Origin: Camelus dromedarius
Taxonomy: Eukaryota
Direction of reading: 5' to 3'
Assembly (NCBI RefSeq): GCF_036321535.1
Contig: NC_087436.1
Coordinates: 18,664,001 to 18,728,000, forward strand
DNA: 64,000 bases
Below the pieces are notes generated by a model that saw only the letters and a program-made list of their open reading frames with translations, did not search any database and was not told the origin of the DNA. Below, in pieces: positions 1-12,630 of the stretch. Positions within the stretch are counted from its first letter, which is position 1. The number at the start of each line of letters is the position of its first letter. The translations under genes were made by a program, and so were the position numbers.

Positions 1-2119
1 GTTTTTGTCAGTCTTCTCCTGAAATTAATGATATTATGTCTGTTGCACAATTAAAAATCAGATAGAGTAATTGCTTGATAAACTTAATAATAGTGTTTCT
101 TTAACATTGCCATTTGCAAGGCCCTTGTATGCTTGAAAAGCATGAAGGTAACTGGTGTTTATTTGCATCCTCTGGTTCCTTCTGCTTTACATTTTATTGT
201 CTGAGACTGTCTGATTCCATCACGAGGTGTATATGTGTGTGTGTACGTCTGCGTGCGTGCACAAGTGTAAACAATGGCTAGAAGAATTTCCACTTTTTGG
301 TTTATTTCCTCTTTATGCAACGGGTATAACTCTAGGCCTAACTCATTTTTAAATTTAGGAATCTGTAAATGCTTTAGCAGCAGCAATTTGGCAACTACAA
401 TCAGCTTCTCTGAGAAGGTTATTTAGGGCAAAGAATGTTACTTAGGGGTAGGGAATGGCATCCAGACAAGAGCTGCACATGCATGTTGGGAACTAACAAG
501 AAGTATGAGCTCCTGGGTGTTTCTGAGAGGACTGGCACTCAGTAAGTACGAGAAAAGTCCAGTACAGGCTGGAGGAAGAAATCCTGAAGTTACAGAGATA
601 AGCTAGGAAACATGGAAATTCAGATGTGTAGTGAACCCCTCTTCCATGCCCTCAGCCCAGCCATCTGACACTTGCTGCATTGCTTTTCAGTTGTGTTTTA
701 CATCATGCTGATACATGAAACAGTTTCAGTACAACCTCTTTCAAAGTGAGAGAAAGGGAATAAAATGTGAATAGAAAGAAACCTTTATCATGCACTTTCC
801 TTGTTCTTGTAACATTACTACAGTCTAATCAGTAAGTTTGGCCTGCCCCAAAATGCAGCCCTCACACAGTCTACTTTCACTTACTCTAACATGACTCAAT
901 GCAACAGTCTCTGTCTGGAGACACCTTAGAACTGAGTATAACAGCAATCGATAGAATTGTTAAACACAATGACCTGTGTGATTTGAAAACTCATGTTTCT
1001 TTAATGATCACAGTAGATCCTTTAAACCATCCTTCTCTCAATCCAATTCTTCTAACAGTCAGAGAGACAAAGAGGCTTCATGCATCCCTTTAATAGCAGG
1101 GGAGGTAAAGAAGCTTCACGTATTCTTTTAATAGAATGTTCTCCAAGTCTATGCATTTTTCATAGGTACCTAAACACAACGGTAAAGTGAGATGGATGGC
1201 TACTCATTTGCCCTGCAATACAGAGATAGCTTGACATGGTCAGAGGAACTCGCGGTCTGATATGCGAGACTCCAAAGCAGCAGACTCTCACAGCAGGAGG
1301 CAGCTGTGGAGAAAAGGCAGGAGGGCCCGGAGCTCACATTGCTCAGAAGGATTTCTCTTGACTCTCTTGGGCAAAAGTCAGAGAAATAAACAGAAACACC
1401 TCATGGTCTCCTATCCTGGAGAAGAGCACTGATAGGAGAAAGCAGAAATAATCCCTGAATATTATGAGGCTTTTTTGTTCACTCCAATGCTTTTCTCTTT
1501 TCCTCTGGAAGAAGACTGAAATGACTAAAGAGTATTTTTTTTTAACCCCAAAGGTTTACTTTCTAAAATTAATGTTGGTTGAATGACTCATTACATGAGT
1601 GTGAGAAAAACAGGAATTATACAAATGTATTCCTGCAATGTAAAAACACATCAAACTGTCCACATTGTTTAGAACTACAATAAGGTATATAAAGTACTGG
1701 ATTCCTGAGAGGGAAGAAGAATCATAAGGGCAAATAAGGATGTCTTAATTTTTGTCCATTGCTATAGGAATGTAAAAGAAAGTTTTATTTGAATTTTCAC
1801 CAAATTTGGAGATATTCCAGGTGGTCTGACTTAAAATGTGGCTACGGAATAGAAATGAAGTTTAGTCTGGTGAATGGCAGGTAACACCTCAAAGAGATAA
1901 GCAAGTCTCCTTCCCAGCAGGTATTGATGTGCCAAGAAGCTGTTTTGCACATGGTCGGATGGGAATTATTAATTCAGAGACAGTTTATATTATTCTCCCG
2001 AGCCATGATGGATTGGTTAGCTAGTTGTATAAGTATGAACAATCAGTGTTTAATACCCGACACTGTGACTGTGAATGGGTCATGTTAGCATTTTCAAATC
2101 TCTTATTAAAGAGAGATGT

Positions 2120-2992
2120 CCTAACAAAAGGCCAATAGGCACATGGAAAAATGTTCGATATCACTAATTATCAGAGAAATGCAAATCAAAACTACAGTGA
2201 GGTATCACCTCATACCAGTCAGAATGGCCATCGCTAAAAAGTCCACAAACAATAGGGAAAATGATGGAGTCCTACACTGCTGGTCGGACTGTAACTTGGT
2301 GCAGCCGTTATGGAAAACAGTATGGAGGTTCCTTAAAAAACTGAAAATAGAGTTACCACATGATCCAGCAATTCCACTCCCAGGCATATATCCGGAGGGA
2401 ACTCTTAATTCGAAAAGATACATGCACCCCAATGTTCATCGCAGCACTATATACAATAGCCAAGATATCAAAACAACCTAAATCGACAGATGATTTGATA
2501 AAAATGTGGTATATATCTACAATGGAATACTACTCAGCCACAAAAAAGAATGAAATAATGCAGAAACATGGATGGACCCAGAGATTATCATTCTAAATGA
2601 AGCAAGCCAGAAAGAGAAATAAAAAATCATATAACATCACTTATATGTGGACTCAAAAAAAAAAAAACAAACAGACACAAATGAAGTTATTTATGAAATA
2701 GAAATAGACTCACAGACAGAAAACAGACTTATGGTTCCCCAGGGGAAAAGAGGGTAGGAAGGGATAGCTTAGAAGTTCGAAATTGCAAATGCTAACTACT
2801 ATATATATAAAACAAACAACAAGGTTCTACTGTATAGCACAGGGAACTATATTCAATATCATGTAGTGACCTATAGTGAAAAAATATGAAAAGGAATATA
2901 TGTATGAATATGTATGGCTGAAACATTAGCTGTACAACAGAAATTGACACAACATTGTAAACTGACTATACTTCAATAAAAAAATTTTAAAA
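2120..2992 (+). mobile_element. 5'-truncated L1 (ORF2 C-terminus plus 3'UTR)
   Basis: ORF 2143-2481 reads [22 protein letters not shown]...[28 protein letters not shown]. Ends in AATAAA and an A-tail, with aaagagag-like flanks as a possible TSD. Confidence 0.95.
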
Positions 2993-4503
2993 AGAGAGAG
3001 ATACTGAGGAAGCCAAGTGTTGAGTTCATGTAATATTTCATGAAGAGAAAATCAAAAACTTTTGAAAAGGAAAATAATTAAAGTTCTATAGCTTATGATA
3101 AACATTTTAAATTAATTACACATTTTCAATTTTTGCCTCATAACTGGGTTCTGAAATCCTGCTTTAAGTTCAAATAGAAAACACATGTATGTATTCATGC
3201 TATTCTGTGGAAAGAGACGGTATGTGATTTTTAAATTTTTATTTGTGGTCTAATTTCCCCAATTTTGCAAACAGTGTCCTGGAGTCATTTTGAGATGAGT
3301 TTTCCTTGTAATGCTCAAAATCCTAATGACTGTTCTCGTCTTTATTGTTAGACCACTGATGTTCCTGGTAGGCTAGTATAATTTCACCATAGTTTGAGTG
3401 TATTTACTGGAAACTGAGGTTATTGTTCCTCTTAAACCTAATCATGTCTTCATCTGACAAAACTTTCCATTTAAAGTCAGATTTCAGAATATTATTGCCA
3501 AGAATAGTTTTGTTTCTATGGACAACACATAGAAGAAAAAGAAAAAAAAAAGGCTAAGGAAAGTGCTTTCCCTGGGCTAGGAATAAAGACATTCCAAAAC
3601 ATCTGGCACAGATCATGTAACTTCATTTGAATTTTAGTTCATTTGGATTCTTGCAGCAATTTCCCCCTCACAACCACTAGACCAAATATGGGATGTCTGA
3701 TTCCCTTCAGCTTTAGTTGTTTTGGTACCAAACAGTCCCCAGAGCAAGGTGATCACCCTAACAGTAGGTGGGATCTTCCTCCCCTACTCAGGCTCTAACT
3801 TTGCCTGATTGTCTTTGGGTCCTTATTGCCTGGCTCTGTGGCGGACACACAGCGGGCACTCCATAAATGTAAACTGAAGCAGTGAAGGAAGCAACAGTGA
3901 AACAGGAGGCCTGTCCTAAACAGTTTTAGTAACAGTGCTCAACGAGGTCACCCCTGGCTGGCTATCATGTGCACCCCGTTATCTTGAAGTTGCTCAGATA
4001 ACCGCGGGGAGCCAGCACGTCATCCAGACAGTCAAAATTAAATTGGCCCTCCCCGTTTCAAGCCATACTGTGGCTATCTGGCTTCTGAACAGCATCACAT
4101 TGAAAAGGTAACTGAAACTGAAGATATATATTTATCTTAAGTACTTTTTGGGCTCTGTAGGTCTCACCCTGGAAACTGACTCAGGAAAATCTACTGATCT
4201 TTTCCCAGATTGCCCATCCACTCTGCAAGCTCAGGGCTCGCAGGAGAATCTGATTCATGAAAGACCATGACTTTGAAGAATCATCCCTGAAATACTATTT
4301 TGGTAACAATTAAGTTAGAAAATAAGTGCAACATTTAACAAATAAAATTGTACAATGTTACCGAGTTTTAAGATAGCAGTAACTGCTCTCAGGAAAAACA
4401 AAGACTAAAATTCCAAAGGTCAGAAAAGTCTGCAGTAACTCTCCTAACTGTGGAATCAGAGCATACATTCAGACCTGCAAATGCATCTGTGGTTACTTCC
4501 TAC

Positions 4504-4923
4504 CTTAAATACATTGATAGGGAGATCAATGACCACATAGATAAGGTCTCCAAGGGCAAGGCTGGCTATCAGCGCGTTGGGGCCATTCCTCATACACTTG
4601 TTCTGGTAAATGATCCTGAGCAGGGTCGCATTCCCCACCATTCCCACGATGAAAATAGTACATGATATCACAGTGTTAATGTATTTGAAAGCGGAAGTAA
4701 TCTTCGTCTGCTGTGGGCAATAGTTGTGCATGGAACTGTTGCTGGGGAGGGCCAGATTCGTGGGTCGATGAGTTGTGACCACGAAGCTGAGTTCTGTCCC
4801 ACGAAAAGTGGTGAAATCGTCCACGTGCGTACTGAGATTGGTGCTGTAGCTCTCAGGATTATCACCGATTACACATCCAACCAGCGCCACCCAAAAGGAC
4901 AGCCTGAGGCAAAAGGCTTCCAT
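4504..4923 (-). CDS. EDNRA: Endothelin receptor type A, first coding exon (aa 1-140: signal peptide, N-terminal ectodomain, TM1-TM2)
   Basis: Translation [31 protein letters not shown]...[75 protein letters not shown] is recognisably ETA. ATG at 4923 is in strong context (aagATGg). 420 nt followed by a phase-0 donor AAG|GTAGGA at 4504/4503. The remaining exons lie left of the window. Confidence 0.98.
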
Positions 4924-4993
4924 CTTGATGCACATTTGAGGAAATGTCTCTTACTATGTTGCTCTTACACCCTCCTTTTTTTTGTTTTCCCAC
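4924..4993 (-). other. EDNRA: EDNRA exon 2 5'UTR portion (70 nt) with splice acceptor
   Basis: Minus strand shows a polypyrimidine tract and tttccag|GTGGGAAAAC, with AG at 4995-4994. Confidence 0.88.
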
Positions 4994-5589
4994 CTGGAAA
5001 AAGAAAGGAGGAAAAATCATTTTGGTTATTAAAATCCAGCTGCCAGTAAGACTGTAGTCAATGATAATTACTGCTTCAATTAAAAGGCAGGATGTATTTG
5101 GTAATTAGATAAGATATATCTGTGTCAGGTTACCCCATGGCAGAACAAAACCAGGGAAGATCAAAGCTCTATTAGGGCAAGTTATAGCTCTATTTTGATT
5201 TCTGTCTCTGTCTATCTCATCACTATCCGTAAGTCTATACTTACATCTAGATTATAATATGGATAAGGATGTGTCAGTTTTTCCTTCAAGAAGTAGATAA
5301 AAAGTTACTTTTTTCTCGATGTTACACCTAGGCTGATAACCTGAATTACAGAAACTCTTCAAGAGTTGAGACACAGTATTTTATTTATTAATGGAAGAGA
5401 AAAGACATTGTATGCTGAGTGAAAGTTATATAGTATTAAGACATAAAATCACCAAATTCTGTAATTAACAGTTCAGTATTGCAACACGTGTACTGTCTTG
5501 CACATGGTAATTAATGAGCATGAGAATAAAATGCAGCACAGGTAGCCATTTAAAAGTGTTATAAAATGTTAATTTAAAATCAGAACTCT

Positions 5590-5862
5590 GGTTAAAAGTT
5601 GGGGGGGGTTGGAAGGCTACACTGGGAGTTCAGGATTTGCAGATACTAACTACTATACATAAAATAGATAAACAACAAGAACCAGGGAACTATATCCAGT
5701 ACCTTGTAACAGCCTATAATGAAAAAGAATATGTATATGTATAGCTGAATCACTAGGCAGTACACCAGAAACTAACACAGCATTGTAAACCGACTATACT
5801 GCAATAACAAAAAATTTTTTTAAAAAATTAAATAACTTGGAAAATAAAAGAAAAAAATAAAA
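5590..5862 (+). mobile_element. L1 3'UTR fragment
   Basis: Similar to 2760-2985 (tactaactactata...ataaacaacaag...cattgtaaaccgactatact). A-rich tail; aaaatcagaact/aaaatcataact flanks. Confidence 0.85.
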
Positions 5863-6164
5863 TCATAACTTTAACATCATTAACATTTAACAGTCTTAGT
5901 CAATTAAAAATGATATGATTGGTAAAGACAAAGTATTTATTTTTTGAAAATCTGGATGATTAATGTGTACGAGTCACATCTTCTGATAGTTTCCGATAGG
6001 AGTTTTTTGCTTTTCCATTTGTCAGAAATTATTGTCAGGATATTTGCCAATGAATGAAACTAGGAGTAGTGGACTTTCCCAGGCCAGGCGTACTATTTGG
6101 TTTTTCTAAGGACTATCGATCCCATGCTCTCTTTCAAGCATCCTTTATAGCTACGTTGATTATG

Positions 6165-6380
6165 ACTAGTGTCTGTGCTGAGCACTTCACATGCATGATG
6201 CCATCTAATCCATACAATGACCCTGTGAAGCAGATACTTGGCTCCATTATAAACACAGAGAAACAGGTTCAGGAAGGTCAGGTAGCTTGTTGAGGCCGCA
6301 GGTGGTGGTGGCCCTGCTGTGATTCGAGGAAGGCAGGTTAGCCTGACTCTGAGCCCGAGCTCTTAACCACTAGACCATAC
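6165..6380 (-). mobile_element. MIR SINE
   Basis: MIR core (acagagaaacaggttcaggaaggt...gagctcttaaccact). Confidence 0.75.
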
Positions 6381-8579
6381 TCGCTTTCTTGCACCTGAAG
6401 TGTTTTAACAATATCTACAGATTTCTGAAGAAGCAATAGACTTGGGAGGGTGGTTAGACATTTTCAAAAGATCGTTTTGTTTTTTTGACTTGTTTTGTTT
6501 TGTTTTAGTCACTTGCAGAGAGCAAGTGGTTCTTCTTGTCCAGAAAGTCTAGGTTTCTATTTTAATCCTTAAATAAAAGCTGCTGGGAAATTGAGGGAGG
6601 TTGGCAGTAACACAATAATCAAAGGTAAATAAAAGTGGTTCTTCTCATTTTAATATTTTATACGTTTTCTTTTCTGTGAGTTTTTGTGAACCTTTCAATG
6701 AAGGTCATCAGCTCATTTATGATATAGTGTGTGTGTATGATGAATACACCCAGGTCATAATTCAAGTTTTAAGAATTATGTCCTTTTTAGTCTATTCACG
6801 ATTGATAACCACTTTTCAGAATTTTGATAATTATCTTGGTTATCAGTAAAACTTCGGGCTTAGTCAATATATGGATGAAAGATGATTTGTTCAAGTTGTA
6901 TAGAACGTCTAAAGTAAATATAAGGTGCAAATACTGCAGACTTTTGCCTTCCCCAGAGACTTTCCCCAGGAACCTGAATTAATAATAACTTTTTACATAT
7001 AGTAGTAACTTATTATATATGTATTTGTTATCTGACCTGAGATTTACAACTTTAGGTAGTCAGGGGGCAATATCCCCATTCACTCATGAGGAAACTGAAG
7101 CTTGAAGAAGTTAAGTCATGTTTTTGTGGCCAAGAAGTGGCAGGACAGGTATAATGCCTCACTTTACTTGGCTCATGGGACTCGATTCAGTCTGATTAAA
7201 TGATTAAAATATCAGTTTTTCTAAGTTCAGGGCATCCTGGGTATACACTTCTGCCTAGACTTACTTATAAGTAGTTTTTTCCCACTTTTTACAGTTTGGA
7301 GTATCTGACCAAATATTAGTAGACCTACGAAATGACACTATTTCCATTCTGCAGTGGAGACCAGGGCTCTAAGAACAAAGCATACTCTAATTCTTCTGTT
7401 GAAGTCAGAGATGGAAAAAAGGAAATCTTTCAATATCTTGGGCTGTTTAATGACTGAAGCTTCCTAGTTTCCGCTGAGAATGAACCTTCAGAAGTAGTTT
7501 TTTTTCATAAGAAATAAGAGAGAGATGGCCTTTTCCAGAAATGAGATGGCTCTTTGCCCATTACAGTCTGCTAGGTGGATATTTAGGGAACTGACCTAGC
7601 TATCTTGAGTGTACACTACTCTCAACAGTACCACTCGTGTTTGAACATCAGCATGTTGGTTTGTTTGGTCAGCTGATTACTGCGGAGCTGAGGAGTCCAA
7701 AGCTATGGGTTCTTATCAAAGTGTGAGCCAGCTACCATGAAAAGCACCTCCTCCAACAATGACGCCACCCCAGAAGTCACTTCTGATGACATCTGTCTCA
7801 GCTCACCATGCATATGAAGCTGAAGACCTAAGGGATACTTGGCAAAGGCACATGGCTGCCCTACCATCATTGACTGAGAAATACAAAACTAAAGGAAAGA
7901 ACCCTCTCAAACGCAAGTTCCTCCAAGGATGAGTCTGTAGCTCATTTCCATGGATCTAAGCCACGCGGTGCTTCAGAACATGAGTCATAATCGGTCATAA
8001 CTCTAGTGAAGCATCTCAGGTTCAGACCTGAAGGACATGGTTTATATATCGAGCATTCTTCATATTTGGGGTCTAAGGATTTGCTGGAGTTCAAAAGCTA
8101 TTATTAAGCAAAAGGACTGAATCCTTCCACTTTAACCATTTAACATCTTTGACTCAGGATCAAAGTTCACCTGTAATTAGTAATTTGGAAATTCCAACCT
8201 GACCAAGATGGCACAAGTTTAGAGGAGCTAATTTACACAAAATGATTGCCAAGCTGTTTCTCAACTAGTTAACCAAAACAGAGGGAGTTGGGGGGGTCAT
8301 TAATATCTACAAATAAACTAGCAGCTTTTAAATAAGTTTTCGTTGGTTTGGTTTTGTTTGGTGGCCTTTGCTTGCTGGGTGAGAAATTAGTACCTCTCCT
8401 TACAGATGTCTGACTTTACTACGCCTCCCAGCCCACCCCCTCCGCCGCCAAGTCTATCCCGGAACGCCATTAGGATGGGGTTAACAGAGACTGATTATCT
8501 GGAAATAGCCCTTGTTTTCTGCAAGTGAAAAGGCAACAAGTGTCCTTTAAAGGAGAGCACTTAACAAAACGCTCAGACC

Positions 8580-9730
8580 TCCACGGGCCGGTTTCCAAAC
8601 TAGCTGCACTGGGGGTTTTCCCAAACACAGGAGTCCCTCACACCCAGTGCCCCTGGCTACCCTCGGCATGCCCCGGGTCTGCGGGGAGGAGAAGCAGGCG
8701 GGTCAGAAAAGGCTGCGGGGCAAAGCCCACAAGTGGGCTTCGGAGCCAGCGACAAGCGCGTGATGCTCCACAAAGTTCTCGTACGCCCGAGAAGGGAGAC
8801 CCAGGGAGAACTGTGGGTTTTCCTTTGACTGCAGATCCGACGCCCGCCTCGGGAGACTGAGAGACTTTCAGACAGATCCCCAAACCCCAAACGTTCCCAG
8901 AAGGCACCCCGCCGAGGAAGGCGCCCTCGCCTCCACGCGCCTTTGGGCAGGTGGTGCCAGCCCGGGTGTAGGAGGTGCCGGGCGCCACGGAGCTCGCGTC
9001 TCCTCCAGACCCAGGGGCCCGCCGGCGTCTCCCCCACCCCGCTTGGGTCCCCGGAAAGAAAGAGTCGCACCGACCGTGGAGCCTGGCGGGCGCAGACGGC
9101 TGCTCGGTGGTCGGCGCGCGGCGCCCGGGCGAGAGGAAGCCGAGCTGGCGAGGGTGGGTGGCGAGGGTCCCGGCTCCGGTGCGGCGGCGGCCCCCAGCTG
9201 CACCGCTGCCTCCGCTTCGGAAAACTTCCTGGGCACGGCTGCTCAGGGGAGGTCCTCCCGGAGCCGCCAGCCTCCGGGCACCGGGTGGGATGGAGCCTCT
9301 CCACCTCCGGTCCGCAATCGCCCGACCAAAGGCAGGACTGCGCGCCCGCACGCGCGAGTGTTCGCAAGAAAAAGAAAACTCCAGAGGAGCACGCCTCCCG
9401 TCTGTCCTCCCCGTCTCCTCCAAAAGCTCAGACCTACTCCAGTCTAGGGCGGCAAGAATGTTCTAACCTTCCAGCCCTTCTGGGCTGCAGCCACTATAAA
9501 GCACCAGGCTGCCGCCCCCTCCCCGGCCCTGAAGGGCTGGAGTCTTTTTAACTATTTCCTTCCTGAAGCGAAGGTGGTGGTGAGAGGGCGGTAATGGAGG
9601 GATGTGGGTGGTTTAACCGAGGAAACTCAAAACTTAGGGAGGCCTTGGAGAGGAACCCTTTCCTTCTCAGTAAGTGCGGGCAAATTCGATCTGGACGGAG
9701 CGACTGCAGACAGAGCCAGGGGCCAATCTT
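8580..9730. promoter_or_regulatory. EDNRA promoter CpG island
   Basis: Dense CpG/GC stretch in an AT-rich background. GC box (gccgccccc, ~9510-9518) and TATA-like CTATAAA at 9494-9500 lie just upstream of exon 1. Confidence 0.9.
9075..9465 (-). other. EDNRA: EDNRA non-coding exon 1 (5' boundary approximate)
   Basis: GC-rich minus-strand sequence (GGAGACGGGGAGGACAGAC...GAGTTTTCTTTTT...CTCCACG) resembles the recalled human EDNRA leader. Donor CCACG|GTCGGT at 9075/9074. Confidence 0.8.
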
Positions 9731-10129
9731 GGTTTCTCTGCGTTCCCTGCCTCTTTGCTTGGCTTCTGCGCTCCCTCTTAACCTTATATCAAGTTAAAGA
9801 GCCAAGGTGGACAGCAGTTTACTGGATTAAGGACGTTTTACTTCTGTCTTGTCCCTTGAAGCCAGCACCCCAAGGCTACATACTACTGGCCCGGGGCAAA
9901 GCAGGAGCCCCTGGAGAGTCTGTGGAAGGGTCCAGCGTGTGGCTTCTAGAAACGTTGATTCCTCAAGAAATCCAAACAGGGAGGGTGCAGATGCTGCAGA
10001 AGATGGGCCTCAAGGCCTTTATATGATAGAGATTTCTATCCTAAATGGGGCCATGAGAGAGGAGATGAGGGATAAAGGCCATTGCCTGTGATATTTGAGA
10101 AAAAAAATCGGGGGCTCCTTGAAAAGAAA

Positions 10130-10835
10130 ATCCTAGTACACTGTTGGTGGGAAAACAAGTTGGTGCGGCCACTGTGGAAAACAGTATGGAGTTTCTTTTA
10201 AAACATCACCAATAGAACTACCCTACGATCCAGCAATTTCATTCTTAGATATATATCCGAAGAAAATGAAAATAGTAATTTGAAAGGATACATACACCCC
10301 AGTATTCATAGCAGCATTATTTATAATAGTCAAGACGTGGAAGCAGCCTAAATGTCCATAAACAGATGAATGAAATATATAAATGGTATACTACTCAGCC
10401 ATGAAAAAAAGAATGAAATTTTGCCATTTGCAACATGGATGGACTTGGAGGGTATTATGCTGAGTTAAATAAGTCATATAAAGAAAGACAAGTACTGTGT
10501 GTTATCACTTACATGTGGAATCTAAAAAATAAAACAAACTAGTGACTATAACCAAAGAGAAACAGACTCACAGATGTAAAGAACAAACTAGTGGTTACCA
10601 GTGGGGTGAGGGAAGGAGGGAGGGCCAAGATAGGGGTAGGAGATTAAGAGATACAAACTACTATGTATAAAATAAATAAGCTACAAGGATGTATTATAAC
10701 ACACAGGTAATATAGCCAATATTTTATAATAACTATAAGTGGAGTATAATCTTTAAAAATTGTGAATCACTATGTTGTACACTTAATACTTATATAATAT
10801 TATAAATCAACTATATATACCTCGATAAAAATTAC
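10130..10835 (+). mobile_element. L1 (L1MA9-like) 3' end
   Basis: cactgttggtggga...ccactgtggaaaacagtatgga...gatccagcaatt... through the 3'UTR to aactatat...ataaaaa. Confidence 0.9.
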
Positions 10836-11029
10836 AATATGAGAGAATATTTAATAATCTGAGTAAATGGTCAATATCAAGTAAAGAATCAAAATAAAAC
10901 ATTCTATAGAAAAAAGAAAACTCAGGGGCTCCACAGAGCGGGCCTGCCTGGGAGTCCTTCAGAGCACTGCTGGTGTGAGGCACATTGTGAAAATGTGAGT
11001 TTGGAGCAGTGGTCATGTTCTATTACAAA

Positions 11030-11475
11030 CTGTTCTGATTATCAACTGCAGCTAAAGAAAATCACCCTAAAATGGTAGTGGTTTAATACAACCACATTCA
11101 TGTACCTTACTCATCAATCTGCAATTTGGGCGGGGCTTGGCTGGGACAGCTCATCTTTGCTGGGGCTGAGGCTTCACTTCTGAGATAGTTCGCTTTCTTG
11201 CTAATGAGTGTTGGTTGTTCTCCATGTGTGTTTCCCTGCAAAGTGGCTTATGTTTCCTCACAGCATGGTGGCTGGGTTCCAAGGAGGAGTGTCCCAAGAG
11301 ACAGGAAGGGGTAGCTGCCAGTTTCTTAAAGTCTGGGCCTAAGAACTGATACAGTCTCACTTCTGCAGAATTAGTAAAGCAGTCACAGATTCTGGGTTCA
11401 AGGTGAGGGAATATAGACTTTGCCCATCAGTGCAAGGCATGTTGAAGGACTTGAGGGGCATGCTGTAACACCATC
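11030..11475 (-). mobile_element. MaLR solo LTR (MLT1-type)
   Basis: ctgcaatttgggcggggcttggctgggacagctcatct...cacagcatggtggctgggttcc motifs. Confidence 0.75.
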
Positions 11476-11919
11476 AAAGAGATACAGAATACTGCCATTG
11501 AAAGGGACATTAATAGTCATCTAGTTCAACGGGACTAGGTATTACCCTGTGCATTCATCTGTTCCATCTACAGCTACCCCATGATGAAGAGTCAGTTATC
11601 CAGAATAATTAATAGCTTTTATAAGTGCCTTAGTTTGCATTTTAAAAAGGTGCCCTTTCAGGCACATGGCTTGGCAAGCTGACATTGTTCTCAGGGAAGA
11701 AAAAGTTCCCCACCAAGTTTCAAACCTTGGCATGGGAAACATGGCTGGATTTTAGCCCATATTCACCCTGTGACCAGACACAGTTGGACAGTATACAACC
11801 TGCACAACTGAACATGTCAGTCTATTCAGTCTTTGGTAGAATACATCCATCAGCCCCTACGTGCTGGGACAGCTCATCCTACTGTGGTGCAGGTCTAATT
11901 ATTCAGATTTCTTTCTTTA

Positions 11920-12630
11920 CAGTCATTAGGATGACTATTATCAAAAAGCAGAAAGCAACAAATGTTGGCAAAGATCTGGAGAAACTGGAACCCATGTGCA
12001 TTGCTAGTGAGAATGTAAAATAGTGCAGCAGCTGTGGAAGAGTTTGATAGTTCTTCAAAAAATTAAACTTAATATTCCTGTATGATCCAGCAATTCTGCT
12101 TCTGGGTATACACCCCAAATAATTGAAAACAGGGACTTAAACAGATATTCATCCACCCATATTCACAGCAGCATTATTTACAGTAGCCAAAAGATGGAAA
12201 CAACTCAAATGTCCATGTATGGATAAATGGACGAATAAAATGTGGTGTATATACATGAAATGAAATAGTATTCAGCTGTAAAAAATGAAATTCTGATACA
12301 TGCTACAACATAGATCAAACTTGAAGACGTTAGGCTAAGTGATATGTGTGATGCAAAAGGACAGATAGTGTATGAGTCCACTTAGATGAAGTAGTTAGAA
12401 TAGTAGTATCATAGGAACAGAAAGTAGAATGGTGGTTATCAGGGACTCGGGGGATGGAGGAATGAGGATTTATTGTTTAATGTGTTTCAGATTTTCAATT
12501 TGGGGTGATGAAAATGTTCTGGAGATGGATGGTGGTGATGGTTGCACAACATAATGTCACAACCATATACTTAAAAATGGTTAAAATGATAAATTTATAT
12601 TATGTATATTTTACCATAATAAAAAAATTC
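11920..12630 (+). mobile_element. L1MB-like 3' end
   Basis: ORF2 end (IRMTIIKKQKATNVGKDLEKLEP) and 3'UTR gttctggagatggatggtggtgatggttgcacaac...ataaaaaaa. Confidence 0.9.

Noticed and set aside
2143..2596. ORFs with clear protein similarity
   Set aside because: They are L1 ORF2 C-terminal remnants, not host genes.
4450..5049. Plus-strand and alternate-frame ORFs over EDNRA exon 2
   Set aside because: Shadow frames of the real coding exon.
8525..9551. Several overlapping 110-260 aa ORFs on both strands
   Set aside because: These are stop-poor frames of a GC-rich CpG island, with P/R/G/A-rich low-complexity translations and no recognisable domain.
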